Below, piece by piece: positions 34,582 through 43,537 of a stretch of DNA of 45,445 nt. A program made the position numbers and the translations under genes. The stretch's first letter is position 1, and each line of letters begins with the position of its first letter. The notes beneath the pieces are model-generated. The model worked only from the letters and a program-made list of their open reading frames with translations, was not told where the DNA came from and ran no database searches. Origin of the DNA: a virus (lineage: Duplodnaviria > Caudoviricetes); IMG/VR virus record IMGVR_UViG_3300036778_000052, positions 1 through 45,445 of that record. One strand, 5' to 3'.

Positions 34582-35706
34582 TTACTTTCCTGGCACTGGC
34601 GGTGCGGGTGGAATTGCTGGTGCTACTGCGTGTTGAAGAGAAAGAACTACCGTATCCCCAAGTTTGGCCGCGGCTGTCGCCAACGATCCATCAGCCTGGG
34701 GAATCTGAAAAGAGATTGGCTTGGTAATCGCCGCTTCGAGTGCTGTTACCCGTGCGGCTAGCGTGGGATCGACCGGCCCCGGAGGGCCTTGCGCACCAGG
34801 TTGGCCTGGAGGGCCTGGCAATCCAACACCTGGAAGGCCAGCCGGCCCCGGTAACCCCTGGGGACCTTGAGGCCCTACCACCGCTACCGGAGCCGGTTGG
34901 ATCGGAGAAACTGGCACCGGCGTAACTGGCGTTGGCTCGACTGCAGGTGGAGGTGCCGGGCCCGTCGGAATCGGATTGGCTGGCGTGGTCGGGATACCAG
35001 AGACCTGGATGTTGATCACTTTCGGCTGGCGTCGAAACAGCCGAAAACATGTTGGCGTGACCAGAAAATCCTCGATAGCTCGTTGCGACACAACCAAGTT
35101 ACGCCTGGGGTTCTGAGTCTCGTATGCCACGCCTATCCCGATCAGCTCACCACGTTCGTTGAACACGCCCGCCCCTGAATCGCCCGGTCCGATGTCGCCA
35201 TTAAATATCCAATCGCGGCCACTAGCATCAATGAGGCTGAGCGGATGTTGATGAAGCTTCCCAGATGCCCCGAATCCGATGATCCACGCGCCGTCACTCT
35301 TGCCAGTGGGGAGCTTGGCAATCCATGTTTTGGTTGTGGCAGGTATCTCGATTGCGGCAAGATCGTCTGACGGAGCGACACCAAGGAACCTGCCGGCAAC
35401 AACCGAGTCATCCGCCAGGCGCACGCCAATGCGCTCAAGCGGGAGCAACTGACCGGTATTTGTGTCGCGGAAGATATGACCGGCCGTCAACACCATGGCG
35501 CGAGTATCAGCTTTGGAGATGATCACCCCTGAACCTCTACCATCGCCATGACTGACTCGAACACATATGTCGCGGTAGCTCTCCAGGATCCGATTGACCT
35601 GGGTGGCCTGTTGAGGCTGAGCAGTGCGCCGCGGCACCGGGCATGCCACGCCGGGAGGGCATGGCCGTTGAGCCACCAACGCCAGCGCGATAAGGAATCC
35701 GTTCAT
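34582..35706 (-). CDS. Secreted trypsin-like serine protease with Pro-rich and collagen (Gly-X-Y) regions
   Basis: Signal peptide; catalytic triad TAGH, DLAAI, GDSGAG; GPQGPQGLPG repeats. Confidence 0.9.
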   Translation of the reverse strand: MNGFLIALALVAQRPCPPGVACPVPRRTAQPQQATQVNRILESYRDICVRVSHGDGRGSGVIISKADTRAMVLTAGHIFRDTNTGQLLPLERIGVRLADDSVVAGRFLGVAPSDDLAAIEIPATTKTWIAKLPTGKSDGAWIIGFGASGKLHQHPLSLIDASGRDWIFNGDIGPGDSGAGVFNERGELIGIGVAYETQNPRRNLVVSQRAIEDFLVTPTCFRLFRRQPKVINIQVSGIPTTPANPIPTGPAPPPAVEPTPVTPVPVSPIQPAPVAVVGPQGPQGLPGPAGLPGVGLPGPPGQPGAQGPPGPVDPTLAARVTALEAAITKPISFQIPQADGSLATAAAKLGDTVVLSLQHAVAPAIPPAPPVPGK

Positions 35707-36395
35707 CGAGTCGACCTCAACTTGATGCCACTCTCACGAACCTGTGGCCGCCACTTCGCCTTACTGCGAAACGCTGAGGCGGCATGGAGCGAGCCAAACT
35801 GTTGAATCCATCCGCCCCGCGGAAGCTCGATCGACTGATAGCCGCCGTGGAGGAGCTCGAACGGCTCGTTACACAGACCGAGGAAGTCGTAAGGGTTCTT
35901 GAATTGAGTGCTGGGTTTGGCCGAGCTGAACCAAGCCGGTGTTTGGAAGTTGCTCACGTCCACGCCGTTGATCTTGTAGCTGGTTGCTTCGACAGCGTCG
36001 CAATTTTCCTTGGCCCACTTGTTACCGTCGGGACCGGGCACGGTCAGATCAATCATTGGATCGCCCAGCATCTCGAGCAACTCATGCGAGGCGGTGACTG
36101 TCGGAGAGCTGTTGTCGTCGAGTGATGTGCGAACAAAGACTTTGGCGATGGGCATCCCATGCCGTGTCAATTCGTGATAACCGAGCGCGTCAGCTTGATC
36201 GGAGTCATCGAGCAAGATCAGACCCCACTGGCCCGGCAGCGTCGAGAAGCCAATCGTCAATTGGCAAGCAAACCCCCAGATCGGGCCGGCGTCTGTGTTG
36301 ACTTGGGCCTGCAATGCCGCCATGAGCTGCGGCACCGTCACGCCAGGCATCTTGACTGTGGATTCGTCGACAATACAGACCGTTGGCGTGCTCAA
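35703..36395 (-). CDS. Zincin-like metallopeptidase (HExxE variant)
   Basis: ALGYH...TASHELLEMLGDP...ENCDAVE. Confidence 0.7.
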   Translation of the reverse strand: MSTPTVCIVDESTVKMPGVTVPQLMAALQAQVNTDAGPIWGFACQLTIGFSTLPGQWGLILLDDSDQADALGYHELTRHGMPIAKVFVRTSLDDNSSPTVTASHELLEMLGDPMIDLTVPGPDGNKWAKENCDAVEATSYKINGVDVSNFQTPAWFSSAKPSTQFKNPYDFLGLCNEPFELLHGGYQSIELPRGGWIQQFGSLHAASAFRSKAKWRPQVRESGIKLRSTR

Positions 36396-36598
36396 TGAAT
36401 AAACCCTTTGATCTGTCGGAGGAACTCAATCGACTCAGCGTCAGTCCGGCCGTCGAGGATGTTTCGTGCTTCGATCAGCCCTAATTCGATGCTGGACCAG
36501 TTCGGATGGTCCTTCGGCTTTCTTGCGACACGTTTCAGGTTTTTGGCCGCAAGGATTGCAGCCCACACTATCGACCGGTCGTTTACAGAGAGGCTCAC
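36392..36598 (-). CDS. Hypothetical protein
   Basis: Coupled to the peptidase gene. Confidence 0.55.
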   Translation of the reverse strand: MSLSVNDRSIVWAAILAAKNLKRVARKPKDHPNWSSIELGLIEARNILDGRTDAESIEFLRQIKGFIH

Positions 36599-36653
36599 CC
36601 GCGATATCCGTAAAGCCTCAGAACGCAGTACACCAAGAAAGGCATGAACAGGA

Positions 36654-36845
36654 TCAAGACGAGGATTGCTGTGGAGGCTGCCCTTGCAAGACCTTCAAAA
36701 CTTGGACGATAAGCGGAAGGTATTGCGGAACCGCGTTCAGAAGATTGATCGCCTCTTGGATCGAGCTGACGAACGACGCCGCCTTGAGGGGAGGCCGTTC
36801 CATTGTTGCGTCGTGAATCGCTTGTGCGATTTGTTCGGGTGTCAT
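36654..36845 (-). CDS. Small amphipathic hypothetical protein
   Basis: AGGTG RBS; helical LLNAVPQYLPLIVQVLKVL. Confidence 0.55.
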   Translation of the reverse strand: MTPEQIAQAIHDATMERPPLKAASFVSSIQEAINLLNAVPQYLPLIVQVLKVLQGQPPQQSSS

Positions 36846-36907
36846 GAATCACCTGCTAAGGATTCCAAGATGGATCGCACCGCCCAACCCGAGGATAAGC
36901 CCCAAGA

Positions 36908-37390
36908 TCACTGCGACGACGACGGCTTCCCCGATGACTTGCCATGCTTTCGTTCCGCGAAGGTACGCGAATCTTTTGGCTCGGGCTTTTGGTCGGCAGG
37001 ACACGCACGCCGCCCCGACCTGATTAAATGCAGCAGACCCCCGCGAAGGCAGAACAGGCATCCTTGCTTCACACCTTTGGGTATGTCTGCCTTCCCATGC
37101 CATGCGCATTGATGCTCCTCCGTGAACGGATTGGGATTCATGATCCATTCCGTATCCCACGCCGTTTCGAAGTCGATCTTTTCGCGGCGGGCCCTCTTCA
37201 GCCCCCTTTGTATCTGGCGAACCGATAAACCAGACGCCTCCGCAATCTCCTTGGGCGTCAGGTAATGAATCTCGACCGCCTTGAGCCACATCGCCTCCCG
37301 TCTCGCCGTCGCCGGTCGCGACACTTTCTCACTCAACGATGCACCATCCCTCTCTGCATAAAGTGTCGCGAAAGAGTCGCCAGCACGCAA
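36908..37390 (-). CDS. HTH protein with a Cys/His motif, putative late regulator; start uncertain
   Basis: LTPKEIAEASGLSVRQIQRGLKRAR (sigma-4-like HTH); first gene of the late operon. Confidence 0.7.
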   Translation of the reverse strand: MRAGDSFATLYAERDGASLSEKVSRPATARREAMWLKAVEIHYLTPKEIAEASGLSVRQIQRGLKRARREKIDFETAWDTEWIMNPNPFTEEHQCAWHGKADIPKGVKQGCLFCLRGGLLHLIRSGRRACPADQKPEPKDSRTFAERKHGKSSGKPSSSQ

Positions 37391-37613
37391 TACGTGTTTT
37401 CCAAAAAAGATGTATTTAGCGGTGCACGCACCCTTTCATGCTGTGGACTTTTTCTGGCTTGCCATAGATAACAGTGTTTTGTTAGAAGTTTTTAATGTTC
37501 AACATGCACCCGTTGCCCCATGTGGGTACAGTGTCGTACATATAAGGCCAATCACACCAAAACACGTAGACGCGCAATATCGCCTGGTTGGCCATACTGG
37601 GCGCGCCCGTGGC

Positions 37614-37856
37614 ATGCTAGCCTACGAGCACATCACGATGGATCGGTATAGCTTCAACATCATCGTCGAAGGGGAGATCGTGGAGTCAGATTTGATTGAG
37701 GCGACCCCGGAGGAATGGAAAGACGCCCCGGAAAGCATGACTGGAGCGTGGTCAGTCTTATTTGACAGTGATAATTCCCGAATCCTCGCTAACAGGCTTG
37801 TAGGAGTGCCTGTTCGGAAGCTTCTTGGCACTGCCGCCCCGTCCATCCGCCTTTGA
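37614..37856 (+). CDS. Small acidic hypothetical protein
   Basis: Plausible C-terminal part of ORF 37410-37856; start uncertain. Confidence 0.4.
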   Translation: MLAYEHITMDRYSFNIIVEGEIVESDLIEATPEEWKDAPESMTGAWSVLFDSDNSRILANRLVGVPVRKLLGTAAPSIRL

Positions 37857-38198
37857 TTTGATCACCGACGACGGCGGATCTTCCCGCCGTTCTGTCGGTT
37901 TTGATAGCGTCTCTTCGAGGAGACGCTTACCTTCCATCGCAATCCGCTCTTTTTCTGCTGGTTCTTGCTTGAGATACCAGGCTAACACGAAGTTTGTTAG
38001 CGGCCCCTGCTTGAGACCGTATTGCCATTTCATGCCCCGGTGCCGTCGGAGGTGTTTCGCTTCGTCTTCTATCCCATCCATAATCTCCGCGCAACTGTAG
38101 GTCTGGAACTTCAGATCCAATTCTCGCATGTCTACCTTTCTGAGTAAGACCGTGTTGTCCCTGTCACAATTTCTAATCCATTCCGTAACCCATGTCAA
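37758..38198 (-). CDS. Putative immunity repressor (possibly RHH-like)
   Basis: Divergent from the early operon across a promoter/operator region; no clear XRE or S24 motif. Confidence 0.4.
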   Translation of the reverse strand: MTWVTEWIRNCDRDNTVLLRKVDMRELDLKFQTYSCAEIMDGIEDEAKHLRRHRGMKWQYGLKQGPLTNFVLAWYLKQEPAEKERIAMEGKRLLEETLSKPTERREDPPSSVIKSKADGRGGSAKKLPNRHSYKPVSEDSGIITVK

Positions 38199-38210
38199 CC
38201 TAACGACTTA

Positions 38211-38282
38211 CAAAAGATCCTTTTAGAAATCCGGGAAATCCTCTAGTCCGGAATTGACAAAAGGATGCTTTTGGTCTATCAT
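38211..38282 (+). promoter_or_regulatory. Early sigma70 promoter with two operator-like palindromes
   Basis: TTGACA(38254)-N17-TATCAT(38277); caaaagatcctttt and caaaaggatgcttttg. Confidence 0.8.
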
Positions 38283-38324
38283 CCAAATGTACCTGGCAAC
38301 CACAAAGACATTTGGAGACTTGAT

Positions 38325-38498
38325 GTGGACGTCACATCGGAGAAAAAGAACCGGGAGAGCGTTCATATCAAGCTCGATCCGGAAGTGGCTCGGCTCGCTC
38401 GCATCCATCGCGCCGAGACCCGAGAACCTGTCAACGAATTAGTGAATCGCCTGTTACGCAAGGCGCTCACAAAGCAGGCGCCGCCGCCTGCTGCCTAA
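38325..38498 (+). CDS. Ribbon-helix-helix regulator (Cro position)
   Basis: SVHIKLDPEVARLARIH...VNELVNRLLRKAL; GGAG RBS before the GTG. Confidence 0.75.
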   Translation: MDVTSEKKNRESVHIKLDPEVARLARIHRAETREPVNELVNRLLRKALTKQAPPPAA

Positions 38499-38587
38499 CT
38501 GTAGATCACCGTTTCGGGATCCATCCCGAATCATTATCTCATTTACCTAACCGTGTGACACCGCGTAGTCGCGGAGAATCAACGTAG

Positions 38588-38827
38588 ATGACGCAAATCA
38601 ACGTCGGGCGCTCAGCCAACGGCAGCTACAAAGCCTGGATCGAAGGCCAACCAAGCTGGTGTTACGGCTGGGGAAACACGTTTGCCGATGCTCTGGCAAA
38701 CTTCCTTATCACCTTCCAGGCCACGAACGGCCTTGGAATCCACATCAACAACGCCGGCATGCTGGTCGAGCCACTCGATGGCCTGCACCACTCTAACGCC
38801 TGTGAAGCACAAGTGGAGGCTTCCTGA
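38588..38827 (+). CDS. HicB-N-like small protein
   Basis: GSYKAWIEGQPSWCYGWGNTFADALANF resembles the HicB partial RNase H fold. Confidence 0.5.
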   Translation: MTQINVGRSANGSYKAWIEGQPSWCYGWGNTFADALANFLITFQATNGLGIHINNAGMLVEPLDGLHHSNACEAQVEAS

Positions 38828-39042
38828 TGGCCAAGCGTATTCGGCTAACCGCTGACATTCTCGAAGCCATCGTGAGCATGTCTGGGCTTGTCATGGATGA
38901 CGGCGAAGAGATGTGCGTTGTTTTCCCCGAAGAAAGGCGAGCGGCGGGATACAGGGCCGCTATCAGTGCTGGGAAGTGGGCGACACAAGAACTCGTCGGT
39001 CGCCGTCTCAAAGCACAACAGAAAGAGACCCGAAATGCGTAG
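38827..39042 (+). CDS. Hypothetical protein
   Basis: GGAGG RBS; TGATG coupling. Confidence 0.65.
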   Translation: MAKRIRLTADILEAIVSMSGLVMDDGEEMCVVFPEERRAAGYRAAISAGKWATQELVGRRLKAQQKETRNA

Positions 39043-39277
39043 GGATCGAGAGCTAGAGGCCGACCTCGCCATTGAGCGAGCGGCGCCGAAGCTAATCTGC
39101 CGAGCATGCGGCAAGCCAGTCAGTAGCTGGCAGCGAGATATCGCCTTGCCGAGCTGCACATGCAACGGAGGGTACCGCCTCGAAACGCCCGAAGAGGCCG
39201 CCGCCCGTTTCAACGAAGAGTGTGAGTCTGATGACGTCCGCCAATACCTCAACAAAGAAAGGACCAGACGCCCATGA
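39035..39277 (+). CDS. Small Zn-ribbon protein
   Basis: CRACG...CTC; start at MRRDRELE. Confidence 0.55.
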   Translation: MRRDRELEADLAIERAAPKLICRACGKPVSSWQRDIALPSCTCNGGYRLETPEEAAARFNEECESDDVRQYLNKERTRRP

Positions 39278-39465
39278 AAGACGTGGAGTCGATGGATGTT
39301 GTTCATCTCATCGAGGAACTCAGTGAACTTGAGGAGAAATTCGACAGCACATACATACCGCTCGTTTCGGATGACTTCGGCCCTAGAAACGTTCCCATCC
39401 TACTCAACATGCTGTCGCGTCACCGCCAAATCAGGATGGAACTCAAAAAGCGAAAAGCCCCGTGA
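39274..39465 (+). CDS. Hypothetical protein
   Basis: AAGGA RBS; ATGA overlap. Confidence 0.6.
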   Translation: MKDVESMDVVHLIEELSELEEKFDSTYIPLVSDDFGPRNVPILLNMLSRHRQIRMELKKRKAP

Positions 39466-39635
39466 TGAAACGCCGTGTTACCCCAACCCTCGAGCCGCTA
39501 CCCAGCCGCATCAGCCCGTCAACCATCGTGGCGCTCGACACTGTGGCCCCGGGTGGCAGCCAGTCTGCCCCAGTCGACCAGAGCCCACCAACACCACCGC
39601 CGCCGATCACTGGGCCACCTGTGATTACAGCGTGA
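39465..39635 (+). CDS. 56-aa Pro-rich protein with a planctomycete-type export leader (not in ORF track)
   Basis: TGATG-coupled; MKRRVTPTLEPLPSRISPS...PPTPPPPITGPPVITA; similar to 4222-4482. Confidence 0.6.
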   Translation: MKRRVTPTLEPLPSRISPSTIVALDTVAPGGSQSAPVDQSPPTPPPPITGPPVITA

Positions 39636-39708
39636 AACGAAAAACCGCCCAGCGTAGTTCACACGCTGAGCGGCTGGGAAGACCTTCAACTTTCGGAGAT
39701 CAAATCCT

Positions 39709-39867
39709 ATGGAATGCGAACAGATTTTGCAAGAGCGGGCGCACCGCCAACAGCCGGACCTCAGACGGCTGATTGAGATGCTTGAGCGTCAAGAGGCGAT
39801 CAAGGCTATGGAAGCGATGAAGGCCACGGAGCTGGCTGCCCACGTCAACAAATTTCAGGTTGCATAA
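39709..39867 (+). CDS. 52-aa helical protein (not in ORF track)
   Basis: GGAG RBS; MECEQILQERAHRQQPDLRRLIEML. Confidence 0.5.
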   Translation: MECEQILQERAHRQQPDLRRLIEMLERQEAIKAMEAMKATELAAHVNKFQVA

Positions 39868-39919
39868 CCTGACTTAACTCAACTGACTCGACTAACTCAC
39901 TCAACTCAAGGAACTACAA

Positions 39920-40357
39920 ATGCCTACCACTAGCATGAGCGACCTTTTTCCGAGCAAGTACCTTTCGGCCCACGACCTTCTCGACGACGAAGGGCAGTCA
40001 GTGGACACCGTCATGACGATTAAGAGCTGGGCGCCGTACACGACCCAGGAAGGTGACCCCAAGGTCATCCTGACCTTCGACGAAGGCGGGAAGCCTTTGA
40101 TGGGCAACAAGACGAACTGCAAGACGATCGCCAAGCTCTACGGCGACAACCCGAAAGACTGGCTCGGCAAGAAGATCACTTTGTTTGTCACCGAAGTCGA
40201 CATGAAGGGCGAACAAGTCGACGCCATCCGAATTCGCTCGAAACCGCCCAGGCCAGCCAAGCCAGCTGCGGCTCCTACCGGAAAAACCAAACCGGTAACG
40301 CAGAAGGAAGCCGACGAGGCCGGTGACGATTTCGGTGATGACGAAACGCCATTCTGA
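39920..40357 (+). CDS. Phage single-stranded DNA-binding protein
   Basis: FPSKYLSAHDL...NKTNCKTIAKLYG..W.GK.ITL family motif; acidic tail ending DDETPF. Confidence 0.75.
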   Translation: MPTTSMSDLFPSKYLSAHDLLDDEGQSVDTVMTIKSWAPYTTQEGDPKVILTFDEGGKPLMGNKTNCKTIAKLYGDNPKDWLGKKITLFVTEVDMKGEQVDAIRIRSKPPRPAKPAAAPTGKTKPVTQKEADEAGDDFGDDETPF

Positions 40358-40425
40358 GCACTGCCGCGCCGTGTTTGTGACGTCGCATCACGGCGCGGAC
40401 CTCCAACTTTCATCAAGAGCAACTC

Positions 40426-41259
40426 ATGGACTGGTTTCCTATGTGGCATTCGACCCTCGACAACCGCAAAGTCCAGTCGCTTCCAGACCATCTGTTTAAG
40501 GTTTGGTGCAACTTGATGATGCTTGCCGCCAAAATCGACCAGGACGGAGCCCTGCCGAATTGTGAAGACATCGCATTTGCGTTGCGGATCGCCCAAGAGA
40601 AATGTGCCGAGCACATCGAACAGCTCGTTGCGATGAAGTTCATCGATCGACTTAAGTCCGGACTACGTATACATGATTGGGAAGATTGGCAGCTTAAGTC
40701 ATACTCCTCCACGAAACGTGTGCAAGCCTTCAGGGAACGGCAGCGTATCACTGAAGAAACAGACGGAAACGTTTCATGTAACGTTCCAGAAACGTTACCG
40801 CAACAAACTGCTCTCGCGCGAGAAGGAGAATTAGAAGAGAAGAGAATAGAAAAGAAAACCCCCCTAACCCCCCGTGCTCCGCGACGGGGGGCAGTTTTAG
40901 TCGACTTCGTCCTCCCATCCTGGATTCCCGAGAACGACTGGAACGACTGGCTTGCCATGAGGAAAGCTAAACGTGCCCCGACGACGATCGGCGCGATGAA
41001 TCGGGCCGTCAAAAATCTGGAGCGACTAAAGGCTGAAGGCCATGCTCCTGCGGACGTGCTCCAGCAATCCACACTGAACGCTTGGACCGACGTTTATCCG
41101 ATCAAAGTTCCCTACACCAACGGCAAGCCTCAAGGCTCTTCGACCCCGTACCCCAACGGCGCGGTCTCATCACGGCCAAAAGAAAAAACCATGAAAGACA
41201 TGACCTCAGAGGAATTGGAAGAACTTGATGCGTATCGGCGAAAACGGCTCGGCTTATGA
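40426..41259 (+). CDS. Phage replication initiator (O/DnaD-like)
   Basis: WF...DNRKVQSL N-domain, IHDWEDWQ, a low-complexity linker and a helical C-domain. Confidence 0.8.
   Translation: MDWFPMWHSTLDNRKVQSLPDHLFKVWCNLMMLAAKIDQDGALPNCEDIAFALRIAQEKCAEHIEQLVAMKFIDRLKSGLRIHDWEDWQLKSYSSTKRVQAFRERQRITEETDGNVSCNVPETLPQQTALAREGELEEKRIEKKTPLTPRAPRRGAVLVDFVLPSWIPENDWNDWLAMRKAKRAPTTIGAMNRAVKNLERLKAEGHAPADVLQQSTLNAWTDVYPIKVPYTNGKPQGSSTPYPNGAVSSRPKEKTMKDMTSEELEELDAYRRKRLGL
40766..40873. other. Probable replication origin inside the initiator gene
   Basis: Three AACGTT-centred iterons (40766-40798) followed by a purine-rich A/G tract. Confidence 0.6.
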
Positions 41260-41725
41260 CTGCTGCGAAACTCGGGAAGAGGCCGTCGCTAAACAGGTCT
41301 CTTGCCGATGGTGTGACCTCGGAGGCCACGCCACAATTTACCACGACAACTACGTCGGGCTGCCGGTTATGAGGATCACTGACCATAACGGCGAACAGCG
41401 TGACATAGCTGCCAGACTGATCGTTCACTGTTCATGCGAAGTCGGCAAATGGGTTCGATCTAAGAGTTCCAGAGATGTTCTCTTGAAGGTCTACATCCTG
41501 TCCGATGTCGGCAAAGGGCTACTCAAGCGATGGTCGCCAGTTGACCCACGCTTTGCCGATGTTGACGAAATGGAGCCGCCTGACTGGAAGGCATTCCGCC
41601 GTGAGCTGGCTGCAATTGGCCGCAATGGAGTGCTCAGAATCGTCAAGCCAGAGTACGAGGGTAACCGCACTCAGGCTAGGCGTGAAATGGGAATCCACGG
41701 CTCAATTTACAGGGACAATGCGTGA
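41225..41725 (+). CDS. Cys-containing hypothetical protein after the initiator
   Basis: CRWC...HCSC motifs; start uncertain; duplicated at 1-317. Confidence 0.7.
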   Translation: MMRIGENGSAYDCCETREEAVAKQVSCRWCDLGGHATIYHDNYVGLPVMRITDHNGEQRDIAARLIVHCSCEVGKWVRSKSSRDVLLKVYILSDVGKGLLKRWSPVDPRFADVDEMEPPDWKAFRRELAAIGRNGVLRIVKPEYEGNRTQARREMGIHGSIYRDNA

Positions 41726-42324
41726 TTTACTTCATACGAAATCAAACAAGCAAGGCCATCAAAATAGGCTATACAGCGGGCGATGCAAAAATGCGTCTGA
41801 GGCAACTTCAGACAGGGCATTCCGATCGTCTGGAGCTGCTGGGAACGATTGAAGGCGGAATGGGCCTAGAACGGGATCTACACAAAAAGCTTAAGTTTCA
41901 TCGGATAGTCGGCGAATGGTTTCATCCTCATGACGAAGTTGAATCGACAGTTCGCAAATTACTTGCTCCCGAAAGGGAATTTCCAGACGCATGGAATATT
42001 GAATATCTGTCAAAAATCTCCAAGCTCGTATGCATGGTTCCGATGGCTGAAAAGGATCTCCCGAATGAAATTCCGCTCTTGGAGCCACTTCAAGAAATTT
42101 CTGACCACATGGAGTTTGATAGGTCTGTTTGCGCAGCAGGCATTAAAGCTTTTATGCGTAAAACAATGCTCTCGGATTATCCAAATTGCGAAACATTCAT
42201 CGATCCCGAAACGAAAGAAACAGTCAAAGTTTCTGATATGGATTTAGGAACGTACATGGTTGTTTTTGAACTATCGAAAGGGATCCGCGGAAAACACGGA
42301 CTTGTTTTTAAGAACACGCAATAG
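41722..42324 (+). CDS. T5orf172/MUG113-like GIY-YIG family protein
   Basis: MIYFIR...IKIGYT...RLRQLQTG...LERDLH...GEWF. Confidence 0.85.
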   Translation: MIYFIRNQTSKAIKIGYTAGDAKMRLRQLQTGHSDRLELLGTIEGGMGLERDLHKKLKFHRIVGEWFHPHDEVESTVRKLLAPEREFPDAWNIEYLSKISKLVCMVPMAEKDLPNEIPLLEPLQEISDHMEFDRSVCAAGIKAFMRKTMLSDYPNCETFIDPETKETVKVSDMDLGTYMVVFELSKGIRGKHGLVFKNTQ

Positions 42325-42332
42325 AGTGCGCC

Positions 42333-42563
42333 ATGACGACTCGTAATCTAGCTATCGACCCCAGAACCTACACCGTGCCCATCGGCCGCTACAGAGCCAA
42401 AACCTTAGCCCAGATCGAAGCCACCGTTCCCTGGGGTCGGCTGTACCTCTGGCGGCTGGCCGAGTGGGCAGACAACCAACCCGGTTATCAAAGTATCACT
42501 AAAGCCATCTACACCTACCTGTCAACAACCCGTGGAGGGGACCATGAGTTACGCGATTGTTGA
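42333..42563 (+). CDS. DUF3820-like small protein
   Basis: Homolog of 823-1032. Confidence 0.65.
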   Translation: MTTRNLAIDPRTYTVPIGRYRAKTLAQIEATVPWGRLYLWRLAEWADNQPGYQSITKAIYTYLSTTRGGDHELRDC

Positions 42564-42768
42564 GAAAGATTACCGCGACACCATCGTCGGAATTTTGGTG
42601 TCAGACGCACCGGAAGGCTCAGCCAGTTTCATTCGACCGGCCAGCCCTACCGCGAACAAAGTTCTGTTCAGCACAGAGCAGGAAGCGCGAGCCTATATAG
42701 TCGACCACATAGGCCGAGATACCAGTGTGAGCTTTTACCGAGTGTTCCAGAATGACGCGAGCCTGTGA
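42544..42768 (+). CDS. Hypothetical protein
   Basis: Homolog of 1029-1259. Confidence 0.75.
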   Translation: MSYAIVEKDYRDTIVGILVSDAPEGSASFIRPASPTANKVLFSTEQEARAYIVDHIGRDTSVSFYRVFQNDASL

Positions 42769-43145
42769 GTGTGGAGGGGAATATGAGTGACGAAGACTTG
42801 ATTCAACGACTCAGAGACATGCTTGAGCATGTACGGCTAGAACACGGCATAGCGATAGGCGAATCCGCCGACCGCCTGGAACGCCTGGCAGCCGAAGTGG
42901 AATCGTTAAAAGAGCGGTGCAAAATCCACGTCAACACGGTTTTGCAACTCCAAGCCGACCTCGCCGCCGCACGGGAATGGGAGCCGGCTGCGATCTTGAT
43001 CGACCAGAATGGGCGATGCGAAGCATTCGAGAGCATGGCTGACTACGAGGACATGCCATGGGACGGCCGGTCAAGCTTGATCGTCACGACGTGGACATGG
43101 CGCCCCGCCACAACCCCCGCCAAGCCGTCGGAGGGCGAGCGATGA
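42765..43145 (+). CDS. Modular coiled-coil phage protein
   Basis: Shares blocks with 1256-1777. Confidence 0.65.
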   Translation: MSVEGNMSDEDLIQRLRDMLEHVRLEHGIAIGESADRLERLAAEVESLKERCKIHVNTVLQLQADLAAAREWEPAAILIDQNGRCEAFESMADYEDMPWDGRSSLIVTTWTWRPATTPAKPSEGER

Positions 43146-43537
43146 GCCTTCATTTTACGGTCACCCTACTCGACATGATCGACCGTCCTATCGAGGGCAT
43201 GCAGGCATACACCTGGCGTGGTGGTCCTGGATGGGAAGGGCCAGAAGACATCGACATCCCGATATGCGAGTGCGTGGAATACGACGAAGCCCTGAAAGTC
43301 GTGCAAGAGCTACTCGACCGCGGCTACGACCCCGACGTCCGATTTTCGATCCATTTCGCTGGCGACATGGGCAGCCTGATCGACCTTGATGATTTTCTCG
43401 CCATGAAATCAACAGAATCGGAACCTGTCGATCTCAGAGAAAAACCGCCTGTTCGATCTGGGAATGGACCACCCAAAGTAAATCGCGTGGCGCCCCATCA
43501 GCGTTCGTTATTTGACCATCTGGAGACCAACTCGTGA
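43142..43537 (+). CDS. Hypothetical acidic protein
   Basis: Positional homolog of 1774-2130. Confidence 0.7.
   Translation: MSLHFTVTLLDMIDRPIEGMQAYTWRGGPGWEGPEDIDIPICECVEYDEALKVVQELLDRGYDPDVRFSIHFAGDMGSLIDLDDFLAMKSTESEPVDLREKPPVRSGNGPPKVNRVAPHQRSLFDHLETNS

Noticed and set aside
9465-37228. Many plus-strand ORFs overlapping the late operon, and minus-strand ORFs over the early genes
   Set aside because: They are shadow frames of GC-rich coding sequence, with no motifs or RBS support.
38531-38542. 12-mer tcattatctcat shared with about 8200-8211 as an attL/attR pair
   Set aside because: Too short to exclude chance, and it would cut the phage inside its early operon.
38588-38827. Complete HicAB toxin-antitoxin module
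   Set aside because: Only a HicB-N-like ORF is visible; no adjacent HicA-like gene was recognised.
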